Of a stretch of 64,000 bases of DNA, positions 57,536 through 64,000 are shown one piece after another. This stretch comes from Methanosarcina sp. UBA5 (lineage in GTDB: Archaea > Halobacteriota > Methanosarcinia > Methanosarcinales > Methanosarcinaceae). Under the pieces are notes generated by a model. The model was not told the DNA's origin and ran no database searches. It saw only the letters and a program-made list of their open reading frames with translations. The stretch lies in assembly GCF_002505485.1 (NCBI RefSeq), contig NZ_DAVG01000099.1, forward strand, positions 7,561 to 71,560, read 5' to 3'. The translations under genes and the position numbers were made by a program. Position 1 is the stretch's first letter, and every line of letters starts with the position of its first letter.

Positions 57536-59032
57536 ATGTACTGGGGAATTAAATTGAACAGGTTAACTATTTTACTGGCAGTCTTTCTTCTCTTAACACT
57601 GGGCTCGGGTATCGGAGCGGCGGGTGAGATTTACGTCCAGCCTGGAGATTCGATACAAACCGCATTGAATAATGCAGTCTCAGGTGATGTAATTATCTTA
57701 AAACCCGGAATCTATACCGAAAATATCAAAATAGACAAAGATAACCTTGTAATATCTTCGGAATCCAGGAATCCTGATGACACGATAATTACGGCTAAGA
57801 GCTCAGACAATTATGTAATCTCCTTGCAGGCCGATAACGTGAAAATTAGCGGACTTGGGATTACAGGAACAAAAAACAGCTATACAGGAATATATCTCTC
57901 AGGATGTAATAACTGCATCATTGAGAATAACAAAATCCTGAACAACGGTTATGGAATTTATCTTTTGAACTCAAAAGGCAATACGCTCTCAAATAACATG
58001 GTTACGAACAACGGAGAATATGGGATCTTATTATCGGCCTCGACCAATAATACCCTCTCTGGAAATATGGCTTCGGATAATAATGGTACTGGCATCCATA
58101 TCAGCACTTCCGACAGTAACACGCTTACGGGCAATAATGTATCCTCAAACGACGTTTACGGCCTTTTCGTCTGCCCAGAGAGTGATGACAATCTGATTTA
58201 TAATAACTATTTTAACAACACCGTTAATACAGAGATTCAAAATGGAGTCGGAAACGCCTACAACACAACAAAGACCGAAGGAAAGAACATTGTCGGCGGT
58301 TCCTACCTTGGAGGCAATTTCTGGGCAGAACCTGGAGGTACAGGTTTCTCAGAAACCGCAGTTGATGAGGATGGAGACGGAATTGCAGATTTCGGGTACA
58401 GACTCGCGCAGAGCACCTACTCTGACCAGTTACCCCTTATTTCGTCTTCCAGGCCGAAGCAACCTATACCTCCGGTAGCAAACTTCAAAATGGATAATAG
58501 CAATGGTCCTGCTCCTCTTTTAGTTCGGTTTACCGACCTCTCCAAAAATGCAGATTCGTGGAGCTGGGATTTTGAAAGTGACGGGAAAATCGACTCTACT
58601 GAGGAAAATCCGGTTCATGTGTTTACGACAATCGGAACTTACACTGTTACCCTCAGCGTTACAAATAAAAATGGAGCAGCTTCAAAAACTGCCGCAGTAA
58701 TTGTTACGCACCCTGTTGAAAACGGTCCCGGGAACAATACAACCGAGAATTACGAAACAGGTGAAAATGCAACAGGCGCAGATGGAAGTATCGGTAATGT
58801 AACCAAAGTTGTCGAAGCAGGCGGCAATGGGACCTCTTACAACCAAACTAACGATTCAAAGCCTGGATCGGAAGCTGCCGACTTTAATGGAGGGGATAAT
58901 GTAGATATAAACACTTCAAGTGTCGAATACGCACTTGAAAATAAAACAGACGCTCCAGGGTTTGAAATCGTTTACGGAGCTATTTCCCTGCTTGCCGTGT
59001 TCCTGTACAAAAAAGTAAAACCAAGAAATTAA
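57536..59032 (+). CDS. cell-surface protein: parallel beta-helix (NosD/PbH1) repeats, PKD domain and PGF-CTERM anchor
   Basis: Signal peptide, repeated N..I..N...GI.L motifs and a PKD domain (PVANF...GPAPLLVRFTD...GTYTVTLSVTN). The C-terminal APGFEIVYGAISLLAVFLYKK is an archaeosortase (PGF-CTERM) signal. Confidence 0.82.
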   Translation: MYWGIKLNRLTILLAVFLLLTLGSGIGAAGEIYVQPGDSIQTALNNAVSGDVIILKPGIYTENIKIDKDNLVISSESRNPDDTIITAKSSDNYVISLQADNVKISGLGITGTKNSYTGIYLSGCNNCIIENNKILNNGYGIYLLNSKGNTLSNNMVTNNGEYGILLSASTNNTLSGNMASDNNGTGIHISTSDSNTLTGNNVSSNDVYGLFVCPESDDNLIYNNYFNNTVNTEIQNGVGNAYNTTKTEGKNIVGGSYLGGNFWAEPGGTGFSETAVDEDGDGIADFGYRLAQSTYSDQLPLISSSRPKQPIPPVANFKMDNSNGPAPLLVRFTDLSKNADSWSWDFESDGKIDSTEENPVHVFTTIGTYTVTLSVTNKNGAASKTAAVIVTHPVENGPGNNTTENYETGENATGADGSIGNVTKVVEAGGNGTSYNQTNDSKPGSEAADFNGGDNVDINTSSVEYALENKTDAPGFEIVYGAISLLAVFLYKKVKPRN

Positions 59033-60039
59033 ATGAAAATGGCAGCTGAATCAAGTACAAACGACAACTGAATTCAGCAAAAACGATAACTGAACCGAAT
59101 AGAATTAATGAACCGAATAGAATTAACAAAAATTAACTAGCATAGAGGGTTTTAAACCTCCATTTTTCTTTTTTATGTGGCTTTGAAGGCAAATTGAAAA
59201 GTCTTGTGAACTCTTATTTACCAAATACTGACGAAGACGCTTATTTCTCCGGTATTGATGAATATCTATTTATATACAAATTGAATCATAATAATTCTAG
59301 CAGGTCATTTAAAAAACATTTTGAAAAGTTATAATAAATTGCCAAAACGATTGATAATTATATTTTTAAAGTTCACTCTCGAGATATCCCTATCTCCGGA
59401 AACGTTTTCTCTACCCTGACTGCACTTGAATAACAACAGTAAAAACTCCTCTGTGCCAGGAGTTCTTCTGACCGAATAAAAGAAATTTTGATTATCCGTA
59501 ATGGGTAAGTCGGATTTTCAGAGAATGTCAGACCTCTTTGAGGGCTTATTTCCTCAATTTGGAGCTTTGTATTACTTTGAAAAATGCCTCCGGTTGAAAG
59601 CTTCAAAAGCCAAAAACCAACATTCAGTCGATTCCTGACAGGAAACATATTAAATAAGGTTTCCTTCAGGACGCTATTTTACCTTATTATGATAATATCA
59701 GAATGATCCCGTAAAGCTTTTATATTTAGTCGATGAGGTACTTCGTAGAAATCTGAGGGGAACTTTAAATAATATTTAATGAGTTTCTTTCCTTCAAGTT
59801 TCAGAAAAAACGACATAATCCGGAATTAGCTCTGCCATCCCTGAGATAGCTAAATTGGTTACGGACGTTTATTGAGTCAAAAAGGAAAAAGGCTCGACGA
59901 GCTTCGTAAGCCGATCCAGGAATGCAAAAACAGATTCCGAGCTTCGAAGAGCAGACAAGATGTCTGTTGAACTAAGAAGCAAATCAGCAGAAGCAAATCA
60001 GAATTAACGCAAGGAGGGTAAAACCCATACCCGCCTTCC

Positions 60040-60385
60040 ATAACCCAACTCTGAATCTTACCCGAGATTCACCCTGCAATTCACAAGATCCTACCCGGGA
60101 TCTAACCCAAAACCAACCTGCGATCAACCTAAATCCAACCTGCGATCCAACAGGAGTCCTTCGGATTCAACCCAAAATCCAACCTGCGATCCAACAACAG
60201 TTTTCCCGGATTCAACCCAAGATCCAGCTTCGAACATTCGGGACCCAACCGAGGATTAACTCAAGATCCGCATTCGAGCCAGTTCGGGACCCAGCAGGAC
60301 TCAACCCTTGGTCCAACCTTGGAAGTTAACCCCGAGATCCAATCGAAGATTTAGCTCCGATCCAATCCAAAAGGTCGTAAGAAAT
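60040..60385. repeat. degenerate about 45-bp repeats rich in (g)atccaacc / caacccaaRatcca
   Basis: Read directly, for example ggattcaacccaaaatccaacctgcgatccaaca followed by ggattcaacccaagatccagcttcgaaca. No long ORF on either strand. Confidence 0.55.
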
Positions 60386-60773
60386 CATGCAGCTTATCAA
60401 GAAACCCGAAATAGACCTTGTCTTGGAAGCTCAGAAAGGAGCAGCCAGACAAAAAATTGAGCAAAAAGACCGATACACAGACAAATTTAAAACTTACAGT
60501 TGTTTAAGGGAATTCGAAACAGCTAACTTTGAAACCCTAAACTCCGAAATGAGATTTTTCATTACATACCGTAACAGTACCCTATCTAGTAGTACCTGCA
60601 AGGCTGAGAAACCAGACTTACCTTTCCTGCAAACTGCAAAGAAAGACGTATCAGGCTTTAACCTGCAGTTGACTGAGAACATTTTACAAGTAGTTACTGG
60701 CAAGGCAACCGAATATTGCTCCTGTCTGTTGACCCAGGAAGTCGGGAACTAACCGCAATAAAACGGTGTTAAC

Positions 60774-62327
60774 ATGTCAGTTAACGACTCGGTCAACCGG
60801 ATAGTGACAGGTTCCGGCGTAATACTTGCAGGAACCCTTATCGGAATGCTTCTCGACATCATTACTAAAAAAGTGCTCACATCACATCTCTCGCCAGCAG
60901 ATTTTGGCACATATGCCCTTGCACTTACCATAATTTCAATTACAGGTGCAGTCGCAACCCTTGGACTCAATGAAGGCGTGCCAAGATATATTGCGTTCTT
61001 CAGAGGCAGGCATGAGGAACAGAAGGTACATGAATTAATAATCTCAGCCATGCTTATGGGCTTGATTGCAGGCTTGCTTTCAATTCTAATATCACCTTCC
61101 CTGTTCCAAACTCTGGCAGGAAATGGCTTTGACGCACAGGGCAAAGTCCTGTCCGTAGTGAAGACCCTTATCTTTGCGGTTCCATTTACCATACTCCTGA
61201 ACCTGACAGTAGCAATCTACAGAGGATTCGACCGTACGAATGTTAACATGTATTTCTATAACATTATAAGGCCGGTATCTTTACTTGGGTTTGCTGCAGT
61301 CGCCGTATTCATCAAGGCTTCCTTGAAGGGAGTCGTGTTTGCGGATCTGCTTTCAATGGTCTTTACTTTCGGCATAATGTCTGTGTACTTCATAAAGAAG
61401 CCGCCAATCAAGCAGACAGTCAGGCAGGAACGGAAAATTCAATTCGGTGACACAACCAGGCAATTAATAAGGCATTCGTTCCCACTCCTGATAACTGCAA
61501 CTCTGCTCAACATCATGAGCTGGATAGACACAATAATGCTCGGCTATTTTAAGTCGGCTGAAATTGTTGGAATTTACAATGCAGTGTACCCTCTTGTAGG
61601 TTTCCTGTCTCTGGTAGTATCCTCCATGGGTTTTGTGTATGTCCCTGTTACATCCAGACTCTGGGGCCAAAACGATACTGCACCCCTCGGCTCAATCTAT
61701 GCGGTAATAACTAAATGGTGCTTCCTGCTTACATTTCCTCTCTTTGCGTTGATATTCGTGTATCCCGAATACTTTATCACGAGACTCTACGGAGCGCAAT
61801 ATGTAATTGGCGCCACGGCTCTGCGTATCCTTGCTCTAGGATTCATAGCAAATTCGTATTTTGGATTTAATTATCATACCCTTTTAGCCTCTGGGGACTC
61901 GGATTTCCTTATGAAGTGCTCAGTAGCAAGTGCAGGCATCAATGTTGTCATCAACTTCATGCTTATACCTGAGTATGGCATGGTAGGTGCGGCTATAGGG
62001 ACTGCGGTATCCTTTGCATCAATCGAAGTCCTGATGACTTTAAGGGCTTGGAAGAAGCAGAATATGCATCCATTCACTTCGACATATAGGAAATTGACTT
62101 TGATTGTTTTCCTTATAGTTGTGTCCATGCTCGAAGCCAAGAACATTCATTTGCTTACCGGAGCAACTTGGGAATACGCAGCTTTCATAGTTGGGTATTT
62201 CCTGATTGTCCACAGAGCAAGAATACTTGACAATAATGAAATGAAAATGATAAGCGAGATTCGGAAGAATATCAGGTACAACATTAGCCTCCACATCCCC
62301 GAACCACTTAAAACCCTTGCATCATGA
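60774..62327 (+). CDS. polysaccharide/oligosaccharide flippase (MOP/Wzx-like)
   Basis: 517 aa with about 14 TM segments and sequence typical of polysaccharide biosynthesis proteins. Confidence 0.8.
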   Translation: MSVNDSVNRIVTGSGVILAGTLIGMLLDIITKKVLTSHLSPADFGTYALALTIISITGAVATLGLNEGVPRYIAFFRGRHEEQKVHELIISAMLMGLIAGLLSILISPSLFQTLAGNGFDAQGKVLSVVKTLIFAVPFTILLNLTVAIYRGFDRTNVNMYFYNIIRPVSLLGFAAVAVFIKASLKGVVFADLLSMVFTFGIMSVYFIKKPPIKQTVRQERKIQFGDTTRQLIRHSFPLLITATLLNIMSWIDTIMLGYFKSAEIVGIYNAVYPLVGFLSLVVSSMGFVYVPVTSRLWGQNDTAPLGSIYAVITKWCFLLTFPLFALIFVYPEYFITRLYGAQYVIGATALRILALGFIANSYFGFNYHTLLASGDSDFLMKCSVASAGINVVINFMLIPEYGMVGAAIGTAVSFASIEVLMTLRAWKKQNMHPFTSTYRKLTLIVFLIVVSMLEAKNIHLLTGATWEYAAFIVGYFLIVHRARILDNNEMKMISEIRKNIRYNISLHIPEPLKTLAS

Positions 62328-62651
62328 TTTGATTTCGGTGCGAAGAAAGCCGGCACCCCTTCTATTTGAAGAGGATCAGAAACCCGAAACTTCACAAATT
62401 AAAGTGAAAAAAGTCGAAAAGAAGATACAGACAGTACTAGAGCTCATCCAGAACTCATCCCAAAACCAATTTTAGTCTCAAAATCAGTGAGAGTTTCAGA
62501 ACTATTTTTCATGATCCGAAACTCGATTGATTATTTCAAATACGAGAGTTAGAGAAGCAATTTTGAGTTTTGGGATCAACTCAAAATTAACATCATAAGA
62601 TCTCAAAGTTCTAACCAATAATAATCACGAGAGATTTACTTTTGCTTGATT

Positions 62652-63494
62652 TCACTCATTTAGTGAGTCGGTTCTAACTTTTTTCAGAAATACAACCGTA
62701 TTATTAACTGGAGGTTCCGGCTGAACCCTTAAATATTCTTCAAATCCGGAAGGCAACTTGAATAAAGAACCACCGTCCAGAACTCTTCGAATACCCTTTT
62801 CATAGAGGCGATAGGAGACTTTACTTCCCACAGACAGGACTTTTGCGATCTGTTCGAACACTTCTCTTTTGGGTTCAGCCTGGGCAGCGACCATGTAAAG
62901 CTCACAGACGGATTCAAGTGGCAAGCTGAAGTGGTTTCCTTCTATTATCTGGATTCTTTTGGAAAGTCCTAGATGGTCAATTACCTTGCGAGAGATGCAA
63001 GCTCTTTCTCTTTCCTGTTCAATTCCGATTCCCTGAAGATCATATTCATGACATAGCACTATCAAACTCAGGGGGAGGGGGCCACTTCCAAGAAAAAGAA
63101 CATGGTCTTCTGGTTTGAGGCCGGAATCTGTATATTCGGTTCTAGCAAGCTGTAAGTAATTTGAATAAAAGGTGAAATTCTGAAGGGTTTCCCAAGGATT
63201 TGGGCTTTCAATGAGGCTTTTTGCTTCTTCTATTTCAAGTTTGAGATTGTATAAAAATCTAAAGTTTGAAATTGAAGTCGTCAAAGAGTCAAATTCCGGA
63301 CTTTTAAGGATCATCTCTGTGGATGCTTCATCCATATCCAGGGCAGTGAGTTCATCTAATCTTTGAAATATCTCCTGCAATTCAGCAGAGGAACTTTCCA
63401 GAATATCTCTCTCTTCAAGATCCTTCACACGGTTATGAATCTGCTGAAGTTCAGCAATTAAGAGTGCGGTCTCAATTTTTGGAATGTTACTCAC
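62652..63494 (-). CDS. nicotianamine synthase-like protein
   Basis: The SAM-binding core VLFLGSGPLPLSLIVL follows an N-terminal helical region, as in archaeal NAS-like enzymes. Confidence 0.65.
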   Translation of the reverse strand: MSNIPKIETALLIAELQQIHNRVKDLEERDILESSSAELQEIFQRLDELTALDMDEASTEMILKSPEFDSLTTSISNFRFLYNLKLEIEEAKSLIESPNPWETLQNFTFYSNYLQLARTEYTDSGLKPEDHVLFLGSGPLPLSLIVLCHEYDLQGIGIEQERERACISRKVIDHLGLSKRIQIIEGNHFSLPLESVCELYMVAAQAEPKREVFEQIAKVLSVGSKVSYRLYEKGIRRVLDGGSLFKLPSGFEEYLRVQPEPPVNNTVVFLKKVRTDSLNE

Positions 63495-64000
63495 ACTCCA
63501 GGAAGATCAGGGTGTTGTTTACCTTTCCATCGGGATAAATTTCTTTTATTTTTCGGAACCCTTTGATATATTCTGGTTTTACTGGCCAATAAAGCAACTG
63601 CCTCATACCGCTATAGTCACGGTAGCACACTGAAATAGGTTTTTCAGATTCTGGTTTTCGATTTTTTATAATCGAATGGAGGTTCCTGAAAATACGTTGT
63701 TTAGGTTCAGCGAGCCCTGCTATCAGCACAGAGTCCCAGTCGAGATCAGCAAGTGAGTTTTCGTCACCCTCGATAATACTGATTTCTTTTTCGAGGCCAA
63801 AATGTTTTACACAGCTTTTTGCCAGAGCCACTGCTTCTGGATCCTGATCTATGCCGATGCAGCGAATTCCGTATAGTTTACTAAAAAACAGTAAGGTGAT
63901 AGGAAGGGGGCCGCAGCCTAGAAATGCCAGTATTTTAATTTGGGAAGAGTTTTGGACATGGATTTTAATCATATCTTCGTATCTAGCATAGAGGGAAAAA
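63487..64000 (-). CDS. nicotianamine synthase-like protein, paralogue, N-terminus beyond window edge
   Basis: ILAFLGCGPLPITLLF core. The frame stays open upstream of the listed Met (FSLYARYEDMIKI...) to the window end. The stop overlaps the next gene's start by 8 nt. Confidence 0.65.
   Translation of the reverse strand, partial: FSLYARYEDMIKIHVQNSSQIKILAFLGCGPLPITLLFFSKLYGIRCIGIDQDPEAVALAKSCVKHFGLEKEISIIEGDENSLADLDWDSVLIAGLAEPKQRIFRNLHSIIKNRKPESEKPISVCYRDYSGMRQLLYWPVKPEYIKGFRKIKEIYPDGKVNNTLIFLECE

Noticed and set aside
59373-59648. 91-aa minus-strand ORF in the 1.35-kb gap after the surface-protein gene
   Set aside because: No start context or family resemblance. The region may hold gene debris, but I could not identify any.
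60387-60752. 121-aa plus-strand ORF upstream of the flippase gene
   Set aside because: No recognisable domain, and it sits directly after a degenerate repeat tract. It could be real but I cannot support it.

Overview
The window reads like a chromosome segment from a Methanosarcina-type methanogenic archaeon. This is an inference from a PGF-CTERM surface protein, DUF2099/methanogenesis-marker-8-like genes, TrmB/MarR regulators, a bacterial-type uvrA-uvrC-uvrB cluster and AT-rich, repeat-laden intergenic DNA. Housekeeping and accessory genes include UvrABC, a BASS symporter, an M13 metallopeptidase, an APC permease, a K+ channel, two ABC exporter sets, two tandem SDR reductases, an MBL-rhodanese fusion, a flippase and tandem nicotianamine-synthase-like genes. 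Decay products include a tnpB (IS200/IS605) broken by a 7-bp tandem duplication, a frameshifted DUF2099 paralogue, a frameshifted small Cys protein, an ABC ATPase whose ATG is knocked out of frame, a HepT toxin remnant and a remnant secreted-protein gene. The main find is a co-oriented three-gene locus on the minus strand at 21.4-27.0 kb. It encodes a Trypco2-like small protein, a SIR2-CHAT (NADase-like plus caspase-like) fusion, and a 1041-aa nSTAND P-loop NTPase with one TM helix and 12 near-identical WD40 repeats. This matches computationally predicted but, to my knowledge, experimentally uncharacterised NTPase-centred conflict systems, and the composition is not a named defence system. The NTPase gene is preceded by a visible scar: the leader, first codons and last ~14 codons of a SIR2 module whose body is missing, which points to effector-domain shuffling. 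Secondary candidates are a HEPN (RNxxxHxY) + PD-(D/E)xK single-gene fusion, a MoxR-like AAA+ ATPase with a perfect classical C2H2 zinc finger, a 237-bp dispersed repeat present as an inverted pair 19 kb apart, and several perfect tandem arrays in promoter positions. No rRNA, tRNA or CRISPR array was seen.
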